Positions 31,061-40,609 of a DNA stretch of 64,000 bases are shown piece after piece. Position 1 is the first letter of the stretch; every line of letters starts with the position of its first letter. The notes below the pieces were generated by a model. The model made no database searches and was not told the DNA's origin. It saw only the letters and a list, made by a program, of their open reading frames with translations. A program made the translations under genes and the position numbers. Where the stretch lies: contig JBDTFR010000054.1 in NCBI GenBank assembly GCA_039937835.1, forward strand, positions 9,543 through 73,542, written 5' to 3'. This stretch comes from Bacteroidia bacterium. GTDB lineage: Bacteria; Bacteroidota; Bacteroidia; 2-12-FULL-35-15.

Positions 31061-31600
31061 ATGAAATCACTTATTACTTCACCTCGCTTTTTGTTTATCT
31101 CATCTGCTCTATTTATAGCAGCAATAAGTCGACTTTTTCCTCACATTCCTAACTTTACTCCTATTGCTGCAATGGCCTTGTTTGGAGGGGTATACTTTAC
31201 AGATAAACGTATAGCGATTATTGTTCCTTTAATATTAATGTTTATAACCGATTGTCTTTTAGAATTAACTACTGGCTGGGGATTCCATAATACACTTATT
31301 TACGTTTATATTGGTTTTATACTTACTTCTATCATTGGAATTTACATAAAGCGCAACTTTACTGTTCAAGCACTTTTAGTTGGTTCTCTTTTATCGTCTA
31401 CACTATTTTTTGTGATTACTAATTTTGGCGTTTGGGCAACAATGGGCTGTCAAATGGGCGCAGCGGGCTTAGCAACTACCTATGTTTTAGGTATACCATT
31501 CTTTGCACCAACACTTATTGGCGATTTATTTTTTAATACTATCTTATTTGGTGCTTTTTATTTAGCTGAAAGAAAACTACCATTACTTATAAAGGCATAA
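31061..31600 (+). CDS. hypothetical polytopic membrane protein
   Basis: 5-6 predicted TM helices and no motif. Confidence 0.45.
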   Translation: MKSLITSPRFLFISSALFIAAISRLFPHIPNFTPIAAMALFGGVYFTDKRIAIIVPLILMFITDCLLELTTGWGFHNTLIYVYIGFILTSIIGIYIKRNFTVQALLVGSLLSSTLFFVITNFGVWATMGCQMGAAGLATTYVLGIPFFAPTLIGDLFFNTILFGAFYLAERKLPLLIKA

Positions 31601-31631
31601 CCAATCACTAAAATAGACTTACTTCAAAAAA

Positions 31632-31665
31632 AAACTCCTCAATATAATTGAGGAGTTTTCTTTTT
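31632..31665. terminator. bidirectional rho-independent terminator
   Basis: Hairpin aactcctcaatataattgaggagtt with an A-run before and a T-run after. It sits between a plus-strand CDS and the minus-strand tRNA-His. Confidence 0.6.
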
Positions 31666-31668
31666 AAG

Positions 31669-31743
31669 GGTGGCCAATGGGGCTCGAACCCACGACCCTC
31701 GGTACCACAAACCGATATTCTAACCAACTGAACTATGGCCACC
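31669..31743 (-). tRNA. tRNA-His (anticodon GTG)
   Basis: The reverse complement folds as G-1 + GTGGCCA acceptor, D-arm AGTTC/GAAT, anticodon stem TCGGT/ACCGA with loop TTGTGGT, T-arm GTGGG-TTCGAGC-CCCAT. The extra 5' G is typical of tRNA-His. Confidence 0.85.
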
Positions 31744-31854
31744 ATATTTCTTAAGGAGTGCAAAGATACATCTTTTTATAATTTAAGAAAATTAAACGTA
31801 AAAAATATTTTTAAATCCACACAAAAACTACGATTATCTTTAACTTAGTACCTT

Positions 31855-33993
31855 ATGAATAATACCGAAACCAACACAACGCTTAATATAGAGGGCATGG
31901 ATTGTTCTAATTGTGCTTTAGGGATCACCAAAAGTCTCCGAAAAAAAGGGATGGAAAATGTGTATGTTGATTTTGCTACTGGTGAAGCACGCTTTTTTTT
32001 ACCTAGTGAATATAAATTAAAATCTATCATTGAAGTTATTAATAATTTAGGGTATAAAGTAATTGATAATAAAACAAATGAAAAAGAAAAAGGATTATCA
32101 ACAGTAGAAAAAAGATTTTACTTCACATTACCTTTTACTATTATTTTATTTTTCGGACACATGCTGTTAAGTGCTGATTTTATATTAAATCAACCTTATA
32201 TGCAACTTGTTCTTTGCTTGCCTGTTTTTATAGTCGGTGTTATTCATTTTGGTAAAAGTGCCTGGGGTTCGCTAAAAGCAAGATTCCCAAATATGGATGT
32301 CTTAATTTTTATAGGTTCTACTGCAGCTTTTATTTATAGCATTATTGGTATTTTTTTATTTAATGATTCACATCTAGTACATCATTATTTATTTTTTGAA
32401 ACAACCGCTACCATAATAACACTCGTTTTATTAGGGAATGTATTTGAACACCGCTCGGTAAAAAAAACTACAGATGCTATACAAGACTTAACTAATTTAC
32501 AAGTAAATAAAGCTAAAATCATTAGCTTACAATTTGGTAAAGAAGTAATCACAGAAGTTGAAATTAAAGACATAACTATTGGAAGTTTGTTACAAGTAAA
32601 TACTGGAGATAAAGTACCAGTTGATGGAGAAATTATTTCTGGCGAAGCATTAATTGATGAATCTATGATTACAGGTGAAAGTATTCCTGTAGAAAAATTT
32701 AATACTCATAAAGTAATTGGCGGCACCATACTAGTTAATGGAAACATACGCATACGAACCGAAGCTATTGGAAAAGATACGGTACTTTCAAAAATTATAG
32801 AGTTGGTAAAAAAGGCTCAACAAAATAAACCTGAAATTCAAAAATTGGGCGATCGCATCAGTGCTATCTTTGTTCCAGTAGTATTGTCCATTTCCATCAT
32901 TACTTTTTTAATTTCTTTTTTTATATTAGATATTACAGCTACCGAGGCAATGCTGAGAAGTATTGCGGTACTCGTTGTGTCTTGTCCATGTGCAATGGGT
33001 CTTGCCACGCCAACAGCAGTTATGGTGGGTATTGGCCGAGCTGCTAAAAGAGGCATTCTTATAAAGGGAGGAAATACATTAGAGTTGTTTGCAAAAATAA
33101 AAAATATAGTGTTCGATAAAACAGGCACTTTAACCACTGGCAACTTCAAAATAAAAAATATAAATTATGTAGGAGGAATTAGTGAAAATGAAGTAAAAGA
33201 ATTACTTTTTCGTTTAGAGCAACACTCCTCCCACCCTATTGCTAAATCAATTGTTTCAGAATTAAAAAACAGTTGTTACACTAAAACGTTTAACACAATT
33301 AATGAAGAAAAAGGCTTAGGCATTTCGGCAGTTGATAACGAAAATAATACCTACAAATTAGGCTCCTATAAAATAGCAGAATCCATCAGTAAAGATAACA
33401 CACATAATATTTATCTACTAAAAAACGAAAAATTAATAGCCACGCTAGATATTGAAGATGACATTAAAACAAATGCCGCAGAAACGGTAGAACTACTTAA
33501 ATCACAAGGCATTAAAAGTATTTTATTAAGTGGTGATACTAAACAGAAGTGTGAAGAATTTGCTAAAAAAGTAAATATTGATACTGTATATAGTAACCAG
33601 TCGCCTTCAGAAAAATTACAAATAATAGACCGGTTAACAAAGGATAATGATAGTGCCATGGTTGGTGATGGTATAAATGACGCGCCAGCATTGGCAAAAG
33701 CAACCGTTGGTATATCATTAAGCAATGCAACAGAAGTAGCGATACAATCGGCTCAAATTGTTTTATTAAAACACAATGATCTTTCGGTACTTACAGAAAC
33801 GTTTTTAATAAGTAAACATACGCTCATTACCATAAAACAAAATTTGTTTTGGGCATTCTTTTATAATGTCGTAGCCATACCTGCAGCTGCAATTGGTTTA
33901 TTAAACCCCATGATGGGTGCTTTAATAATGGCATTTTCTGATGTTATTGTAATCGGTAATTCTATACGATTAAGAACTAAAAAGCTTAATTAA
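31855..33993 (+). CDS. copA: copper-translocating P1B-type ATPase
   Basis: HMA 'GMDCSNCA', 'CPC' TM motif (SCPCAMGLATP), 'DKTGTLT', 'GDGINDAP'. Confidence 0.9.
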   Translation: MNNTETNTTLNIEGMDCSNCALGITKSLRKKGMENVYVDFATGEARFFLPSEYKLKSIIEVINNLGYKVIDNKTNEKEKGLSTVEKRFYFTLPFTIILFFGHMLLSADFILNQPYMQLVLCLPVFIVGVIHFGKSAWGSLKARFPNMDVLIFIGSTAAFIYSIIGIFLFNDSHLVHHYLFFETTATIITLVLLGNVFEHRSVKKTTDAIQDLTNLQVNKAKIISLQFGKEVITEVEIKDITIGSLLQVNTGDKVPVDGEIISGEALIDESMITGESIPVEKFNTHKVIGGTILVNGNIRIRTEAIGKDTVLSKIIELVKKAQQNKPEIQKLGDRISAIFVPVVLSISIITFLISFFILDITATEAMLRSIAVLVVSCPCAMGLATPTAVMVGIGRAAKRGILIKGGNTLELFAKIKNIVFDKTGTLTTGNFKIKNINYVGGISENEVKELLFRLEQHSSHPIAKSIVSELKNSCYTKTFNTINEEKGLGISAVDNENNTYKLGSYKIAESISKDNTHNIYLLKNEKLIATLDIEDDIKTNAAETVELLKSQGIKSILLSGDTKQKCEEFAKKVNIDTVYSNQSPSEKLQIIDRLTKDNDSAMVGDGINDAPALAKATVGISLSNATEVAIQSAQIVLLKHNDLSVLTETFLISKHTLITIKQNLFWAFFYNVVAIPAAAIGLLNPMMGALIMAFSDVIVIGNSIRLRTKKLN

Positions 33994-33996
33994 ATT

Positions 33997-35265
33997 ATGT
34001 CTAGAAGAATATTTTTTACATTTTTTATTAAAGGTATTATTGCAGTAACTAATCTTTTAATAGTTATTCTACTATCAAGATATACAGGTGCGGCGGGGAA
34101 AGGGGAAGCAAGCCTTATTATCACCAGTATTGCAATGATTTTATTATTTAACAATATTGTTGGTGGTGCAGCGCTCGTTTATTTTGTACCTCGAAATAAT
34201 ATTTTTCAATTAATTTTTTTAAGTAATTGCTGGTCGTTTATTATTTGTTGTATTGCTTATGCAATTCTCTTTTTTACCACAATTATTCCGCCTCAATTTT
34301 TATTACATGTGGTTATTTTATCTTTTATAAACGCTTTATTCTCTACTAACTCAACTATTTTATTGGGTAAAGAACGAATTACCCAGTATAACATCATTTT
34401 ATTATTTCAAGCCACATTAAATCTAATAAGTTTATTTATTATGTTTAAATGGGGAAATAGTAAAAATGTTAATTCCTATATCTCATCACTTTATATATCT
34501 ATGTTATCTTGCTTATTAATTAGCAGTTCATCAATATTAAAATATCTAAAAGATATTTCTTTTAAAAATATTAAAAGCCTTGGCCAAGAATTAGTAAAAT
34601 TAGGTGTTACCAACCAAATAGGGCATACCATGAAATTCATCAGTTTTCGCTTTACTTATTATATATTATCTATCTACGCAGGTGCCAGCATATTGGGGAT
34701 ATACTCTAATGGAGTTTCTTTGGTAGAATCGGTGCTAATCATAAGCAATAGCTTTTGCACCATACTTTACCCCCGAGTAGCCAATTCTAAAGACATTAAA
34801 AAATCGCAATTACTAACCATTCAATATATAAAAATAAATTTTATTTTATCGGCTATTTGCTTAATATCCATGTCACTTTTACCTTCTACTTTTTATGTAT
34901 GGTTATTTGGTAGCGAGTTTTCAAATGTAAATCAAGTGGTATATTTATTAGCCCCAGGCATTTGTGTGTATAGTGTTTCATTAATTGTGGGGCATTATCT
35001 TTCTGGTACTGGTAATTATAAAACACCCTCCTATGCTAATTTAGTTGGGTTAATAACTACTGTGCTTCTTGTTCTTATTTTCGCACCAAAATTCGGACTT
35101 TTTGAAATAAGTATTATTTCCACCATTTCATACATTGCTACAGCTGGATTCATTACTTATTATTTTATTAAAAAAACGAATTTTAAAATCAAAGACCTCC
35201 TACCAACCATTAACGATTTTAATTTATTTTGTATTGAAATAAAAACAATAATTAAGGGGCAGTAA
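33997..35265 (+). CDS. polysaccharide biosynthesis protein / Wzx-like flippase
   Basis: About 12 TM segments of MOP-superfamily length, adjacent to glycosyltransferase. Confidence 0.65.
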   Translation: MSRRIFFTFFIKGIIAVTNLLIVILLSRYTGAAGKGEASLIITSIAMILLFNNIVGGAALVYFVPRNNIFQLIFLSNCWSFIICCIAYAILFFTTIIPPQFLLHVVILSFINALFSTNSTILLGKERITQYNIILLFQATLNLISLFIMFKWGNSKNVNSYISSLYISMLSCLLISSSSILKYLKDISFKNIKSLGQELVKLGVTNQIGHTMKFISFRFTYYILSIYAGASILGIYSNGVSLVESVLIISNSFCTILYPRVANSKDIKKSQLLTIQYIKINFILSAICLISMSLLPSTFYVWLFGSEFSNVNQVVYLLAPGICVYSVSLIVGHYLSGTGNYKTPSYANLVGLITTVLLVLIFAPKFGLFEISIISTISYIATAGFITYYFIKKTNFKIKDLLPTINDFNLFCIEIKTIIKGQ

Positions 35266-35291
35266 TCTTATACTAAAATTATTAACCAGAA

Positions 35292-36467
35292 ATGGGTATT
35301 GACAAAACATCAAAATTATATACTGTTTTATTTTTAACGAAATGGTATCCCAATAGAACTGATCTTCAATTGGGTGTTTTTGTACAAAAACATGCCAAAG
35401 CCGTATCTCAGCTAAACTGGAATGTAATATTATTATATGTCTATTCAGATAGTGGTTTAAATACTATTTACGAATTAAATCAACAAACAAATAATGGATT
35501 TTTAGAAGTAGTTATTTGTTATAAAAAAAGTAATTCTCCTTTTAGATTTTTCTTAAATTCTTATCGCTATTTAAACTCCTATGTTATGGGATTTAAAGCA
35601 CTAAATAAAAAAACGAAGCATATAAATCTAATCCATGTAAATATTTTAAATAGACCAGGAATAATTGCCCTATTTTTAAACAAGATAAAAGGTATTCCTT
35701 ACATCATAACTGAGCATTGGGGCGGCTATATTACAGGTGATTTTGCAAAACTTAATTTTATAAAAAAATGGACCACCAAACTTATTATTTCGAACGCAAA
35801 AGCTCTAACAGTCGTGTCTTCTGTTTTAAAAAATAAAATGCAAGAACTAGGTTTAACAAATAATTATACCATTGTACCGAATATAATTGAGCAAATAGCT
35901 GTATCAGATGAAAATACAATTATTGATTCTAAAATAAAAATATTAACAATAGCAGATTTAGTTGATAATATAAAAAACGTTAGCGGTATAATTAAGGCTA
36001 TTGCGGCTATTTCTATAAATAATTCAACTTTTGAATACCATATTATTGGTGATGGTCCTGATAAAGGACCCTTAATAAAACTTTCTGACTCCTTAAATTT
36101 AACGAATCGTATAGTCTTTTTTCATGGTAAACAAGCAAACGAATTTGTATATAATTTTTTGCAAAAAATAAATTTTGTAATTATAAATAGTAATTCTGAA
36201 ACCTTTTCCATCGTTGCTGCAGAAGCATTAGCTTGTGGAAAACCTGTAATTACTACCACTTGCGGAGGCCCCCAAGAATTTATAACCGCTGATCAAGGTA
36301 TCTTAATACCACCAAATGATTCCGTACAGTTAAAAGAGGCTATCAAAAATATGTTATTAAATTTTAAAAAATACAGTCCTAAAAAATTGAGTAACTATGC
36401 AGCAGAAAAATTTAGCTACGAAAAAGTAGGTGCACAGTTTATAGAAGTATATAATAAATTATTTTAA
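35292..36467 (+). CDS. glycosyltransferase family 4
   Basis: C-terminal 'SNSETFSIVAAEALACGKPVITT..GGPQEFI' is the GT4 EX7E region. Confidence 0.8.
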   Translation: MGIDKTSKLYTVLFLTKWYPNRTDLQLGVFVQKHAKAVSQLNWNVILLYVYSDSGLNTIYELNQQTNNGFLEVVICYKKSNSPFRFFLNSYRYLNSYVMGFKALNKKTKHINLIHVNILNRPGIIALFLNKIKGIPYIITEHWGGYITGDFAKLNFIKKWTTKLIISNAKALTVVSSVLKNKMQELGLTNNYTIVPNIIEQIAVSDENTIIDSKIKILTIADLVDNIKNVSGIIKAIAAISINNSTFEYHIIGDGPDKGPLIKLSDSLNLTNRIVFFHGKQANEFVYNFLQKINFVIINSNSETFSIVAAEALACGKPVITTTCGGPQEFITADQGILIPPNDSVQLKEAIKNMLLNFKKYSPKKLSNYAAEKFSYEKVGAQFIEVYNKLF

Positions 36468-36504
36468 CAAAAACCATTTATGGATTTACATTATTCTCTT
36501 TCGC

Positions 36505-38166
36505 ATGACTTTTAATAATACTAATGATAGGTTAAAATTCGGTATAATGACAAACAATCAATCATTAGCTAAGTGGCAAACAGATTGCATTGACAAACTG
36601 ATAGAGAGTAATTGTGCTAAACTGTTACTGATCATTAAAAATAATAATCCTTCTAAACGCTGTGTTCCTAAATACCAAAAAATAATTTCAAAAAATTTCT
36701 TTTACACTTTATGGAATCGTTTTCTATTAAAAATTTCAGGTGAAATACGTACATCTTTTGAGAATCAGTTTAAAAATATACCCATTTTAAATTGTATTAC
36801 CACTTTTACTACTAAATACGCCGAGCATTTTAATGTTAAAGACCTAAATGAGATTAGTAATTATAAACTCGATTTTATTTTAAGATTTGGTTTTAATATT
36901 ATAAAAGGTGATATTTTAACATTACCTAAATATGGTGTTTGGTCTTATCATCATGGAGATGAAATGAAGTTTAGAGGTGGCCCCGCTGGTTTTTGGGAAA
37001 TTTATTTTAATGTCCCTACCACAGGTGTTATTCTTCAACGCTTAACTGAAAAATTAGATGCTGGAATTATTATCGAGAAACGAATTTATAAAACCATTAA
37101 TTATTCTTATAGTGAGCTTAAGAATAAATTACTTTTGGCAAACACCGATATGCCTTTAGTAGCTGTAAAAAAAATATTAACAACTGGTTTTAACCCATTA
37201 ACGATTTCTTCCACTGAGGCTAAAATATTTACGTTTCCAACGAACTGGCAAATGATGCGTTTTTGTTTTAGATTATTTAAAGCTAGATTATATTTTTATT
37301 TTAATAGCTATTTTTTAGCCGAACAATATGGCTTAGCATTAATCAATAATGTTAGCAATAGTTACATTATCCCTAAAAATAGATTCATTAACAAACAATT
37401 ACTTCATCCTAAAAAAAATATCTTTTATGCGGATGGATTTCTTTTCTCCAATGAAAATAAAAATTATTGTGTTTGTGAAAAGTATGATTATACAAATGAA
37501 AAAGGTAGCCTTGTTTTAATAGAGATAGATGAATCTTTTAAGAAGGAAACTATTTTACTAGAATCAAGCAGCCATCATTCCTATCCTTACACCTTTAAAC
37601 ATGATGGAAATATTTACATTATTCCCGAAACAGCAGCGAATAATTGTCTTAAACTCTATCAACTAAATAAAGATAATACCCTTGCTTTGATAAGCATAAT
37701 TATTGAAAATTTTGCAGCTATTGATTCATCCATTATCTATTATGACGATTATTTTTGGTTGTTTTGTGGCAATAAAAATGATTATCCGAATGAAAAATTA
37801 TTTTTATTCTATTCTAAGACACTTACTGGTTCGTATGTTCCGCATATACAGAATCCAATTAAAGTAAACCCAGCAGGGAGCAGAAATGCTGGTAATATAA
37901 TTATAGAAAATGGTGCTATAATTCGGCCAGGACAATATTCTGTGAATTTTTATGGAGAAAAAATAATCTTAAATAAAGTAGATAAATTAACGCCATCCTC
38001 CTATAGCGAATCGTATGAGAGTGAAATTTCATCCGAAACGTTGCAAAAAAACTGGAAAGGAATTCACACTATTTCTACTACCAAATCATTGTTGTTAATA
38101 GATTTCAAATACCATACTTTTATATGGAAATCCTTCATCGCTAAACTAAAGAGAAAAATAAAATGA
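36505..38166 (+). CDS. formyltransferase-like N-domain fused to ~300-aa C-terminal domain of unknown function
   Basis: 'NIIKGDILTLPKYGVWSYHHGD...RGGPAGFWEIYFNVPTTGVILQRLTEKLDAGIII' parallels the Formyl_trans_N core (HxSLLPxxRG...TG.T.H..DxGxI). Confidence 0.45.
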   Translation: MTFNNTNDRLKFGIMTNNQSLAKWQTDCIDKLIESNCAKLLLIIKNNNPSKRCVPKYQKIISKNFFYTLWNRFLLKISGEIRTSFENQFKNIPILNCITTFTTKYAEHFNVKDLNEISNYKLDFILRFGFNIIKGDILTLPKYGVWSYHHGDEMKFRGGPAGFWEIYFNVPTTGVILQRLTEKLDAGIIIEKRIYKTINYSYSELKNKLLLANTDMPLVAVKKILTTGFNPLTISSTEAKIFTFPTNWQMMRFCFRLFKARLYFYFNSYFLAEQYGLALINNVSNSYIIPKNRFINKQLLHPKKNIFYADGFLFSNENKNYCVCEKYDYTNEKGSLVLIEIDESFKKETILLESSSHHSYPYTFKHDGNIYIIPETAANNCLKLYQLNKDNTLALISIIIENFAAIDSSIIYYDDYFWLFCGNKNDYPNEKLFLFYSKTLTGSYVPHIQNPIKVNPAGSRNAGNIIIENGAIIRPGQYSVNFYGEKIILNKVDKLTPSSYSESYESEISSETLQKNWKGIHTISTTKSLLLIDFKYHTFIWKSFIAKLKRKIK

Positions 38167-38227
38167 TTAATTCCTTTAATTAAGCAATTTTTATAATAAA
38201 TTTGAATATATAAATATCCTTGTAGTA

Positions 38228-38650
38228 ATGACGCGCAATATATTATCAATCATAGCAGGATTATGCTGTAGTTTTATTATTGTTTTAATGTTAGAGGGCA
38301 TTAATCACGCTCTTAATCCCTTACCTGACAATATTGGAGTGCACGACTTACAATCATTCAAAGATCATATAGAAAGCACTTCAATTGGCTTGCAGCTACC
38401 AGTTTTAATAAGCTATGCTATTGGTACATTTTGTGGTAGTTTAATAACTACTTTAATTGCTAAAAATAAAAAAATGGCAAAAGCCATAACCGTTGGAGGT
38501 ATATTGATGGGTTTGGGTATGTATAATTTAGTATCATTACAATACTCCGCATGGGTATCGATTATTTCTTTTATTGTTTTTTTACCTGCTGCTTATTTAG
38601 GAGGGAAAGTAGGTTTACGTTTTAGCAAAAAAAGTAGACCGATCCATTAA
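38228..38650 (+). CDS. small membrane protein (140 aa)
   Basis: Three or four TM helices. Confidence 0.4.
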   Translation: MTRNILSIIAGLCCSFIIVLMLEGINHALNPLPDNIGVHDLQSFKDHIESTSIGLQLPVLISYAIGTFCGSLITTLIAKNKKMAKAITVGGILMGLGMYNLVSLQYSAWVSIISFIVFLPAAYLGGKVGLRFSKKSRPIH

Positions 38651-38782
38651 CGTAGCTGATTTTAATTTTCAATAAAATTTTATTTCTATAAAAAAATAGT
38701 TCACCCATTTTTTATTAAAACAAATCAGGAGAGAACATTTTCATAACCTCTGATAGTTTGCTACCCACCATACTTCAAAACA

Positions 38783-38808
38783 AGAGCGCCTGCAATGCAG
38801 GCGCTCTT
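38783..38808. terminator. bidirectional terminator hairpin
   Basis: aagagcgcctgca-atg-caggcgctctt is a GC-rich 11-bp stem between convergent genes, with A/T runs on both sides. Confidence 0.55.
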
Positions 38809-38832
38809 ATTAAATTTACTTCTATTTGTTTA

Positions 38833-39696
38833 CTAATTGTTGTTTACAATTACTTTTCTGTTCACTATGTCAGTATCGGTAATTATTTGTACGGTATAAA
38901 ATCCAGCAATAGAGATTTTAAACGAATATGATTTTTGACCTTCAACAACATATTTATCAATTAATTGACCTGTTGTATTAAAGACATTAATAGACTTTAG
39001 GTGATTTTCCGAATTAATTGTTAACTCACCTTGAGAAGGATTTGGGAAAACCCTAAGTTCTTTTGTATTTCCGTGCTCTGCAATACCGGTTGCTATAACT
39101 GGAGTAGTCAATATCAAAGACTCCCCCCAACTACCCGTTCCAGTGCGGGTAACAACTGTTTTACCACCAGTATATTTGCAAGTCGTCATTCCATTACTTT
39201 GCCAAGGATCCATAAATGTTAATCCACTGCTTGTAGTATTATAGCCACAGCCAACTACCACGTGTCCTCCACCTTGGCTCCAAAAAATACCGATAACGAA
39301 TGGTCTTTTTGCTTCTAATTCAGTTTTAATTTGTGCAAGAGGAACAGGAGCATCCGTCGGAATATTCGCAATCGATCCAAAATGGGTTAACATACCACTT
39401 ATTCCATAATTGTATTTTATTTCGTTGGGGTTATTGCATTTTCCCGATGGGCTGGAGCAACAACTAGTCGTTCCAAACGTTGCAGTTTTAAGTGTTCGGG
39501 CGTATTCTGCAATATCACATTGCTTTTGACTTTTATAGCCATAATAATTTAAAATACATTTTGTGTTGGCTACCCAACACCAGTTAGTTTGTTCTTGTCT
39601 TGTTACACTAACATCTGCTGTATATGTTTGTGCTGATGCAACATTACTTGCTAATAAGAAGCAAAATGCTATTGCTATATTTTTTATATGTTTCAT
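38833..39696 (-). CDS. papain-like cysteine peptidase domain protein with T9SS C-terminal sorting domain
   Basis: 'QTNWCWVANT' resembles the papain/C39-like catalytic Cys context, and 'GGGHVVVGCGYN' the catalytic His context. C-terminal 'VFPNPSQGELTIN...YTVQI' is a Por/T9SS CTD. Confidence 0.5.
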   Translation of the reverse strand: MKHIKNIAIAFCFLLASNVASAQTYTADVSVTRQEQTNWCWVANTKCILNYYGYKSQKQCDIAEYARTLKTATFGTTSCCSSPSGKCNNPNEIKYNYGISGMLTHFGSIANIPTDAPVPLAQIKTELEAKRPFVIGIFWSQGGGHVVVGCGYNTTSSGLTFMDPWQSNGMTTCKYTGGKTVVTRTGTGSWGESLILTTPVIATGIAEHGNTKELRVFPNPSQGELTINSENHLKSINVFNTTGQLIDKYVVEGQKSYSFKISIAGFYTVQIITDTDIVNRKVIVNNN

Positions 39697-39751
39697 TTAA
39701 TTTCTTTTATGATTGAATTTTTAACAACTAAAAATAATTTATTAAAACGAG

Positions 39752-40384
39752 TTAGTTCACTTTTAAAGCTTGAACCACTTCGGCCAATTTATAGGTTGAT
39801 TTTGTTGCTCTTGTTCCAGAAGCATTTTGTAACCCTGTTTTTGCTGACTCCAATGGAATCAAATCTGCATTTTCAATTCCTGCATTGATATCATTATATG
39901 AAACAAAACTTGCAGCTTGTGTTAACATATTCACCATGATCCATTCTTTTTCGGAAGGTAAAGGGTTTTGTATTTCTACCAATTGCAACTCTTTCGCTAA
40001 TTCAGCAGCTCCAACTGTTTGAATTTCATATTTACCATTTTCAAAAGATACAGTCAACACAGCTCTATATTGGTTATTTACAGAAACAATTACATTGTAT
40101 AAATTGGTTTCAAATACATTTCCTTCTTTGCTAACATTTGTAATTCTATAAATGCTGGCAGGAACTGCTTTGGTAAATTCAGAACGGTCATTAAAACCAT
40201 GTTCTTTTTCCAAAGTAGTAGGTATAATTTCGAGAAAAGAACTCAATTCTTCTTTAACTGACGTTGTAATGGCTTGATTCACTTGAGAAACGGTGGGTTG
40301 TTTTCCATTCTCACCTTCCTTTGCCATAGCCAAAAAGGAAAGTCCGAAAAGTAGGGGAGCAATAATAAATAATTTTTTTTTCAT
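39752..40384 (-). CDS. hypothetical secreted protein (210 aa)
   Basis: Signal peptide and no CTD. Lies between two T9SS hydrolase genes. Confidence 0.45.
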   Translation of the reverse strand: MKKKLFIIAPLLFGLSFLAMAKEGENGKQPTVSQVNQAITTSVKEELSSFLEIIPTTLEKEHGFNDRSEFTKAVPASIYRITNVSKEGNVFETNLYNVIVSVNNQYRAVLTVSFENGKYEIQTVGAAELAKELQLVEIQNPLPSEKEWIMVNMLTQAASFVSYNDINAGIENADLIPLESAKTGLQNASGTRATKSTYKLAEVVQALKVN

Positions 40385-40609
40385 TTTTTTAAAGTGTTTT
40401 GATTTAGGGTTTTCAATAATTAAATTTAAAGTTAAACGAATATTGGGTAAGAAACAAATTTCAGTACATTAAAAATAAGAAATATGAATTTGTAAACTCT
40501 TCTTAAATAGGCTACTCTAGAGTAATCTTTTTATTTAGTTTATTAATCGCATTCAAATTTAAAAAAATGAAAATAAATGCTTTTTGCTACTAAACAAGCG
40601 TCAAGAGTT

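Noticed and set aside
31600-31860. Integrase or mobile element adjacent to tRNA-His or tRNA-Arg
   Set aside because: The flanking genes are ordinary (a membrane protein, CopA, a helicase). There is no recombinase and no direct repeat of the tRNA 3' end.
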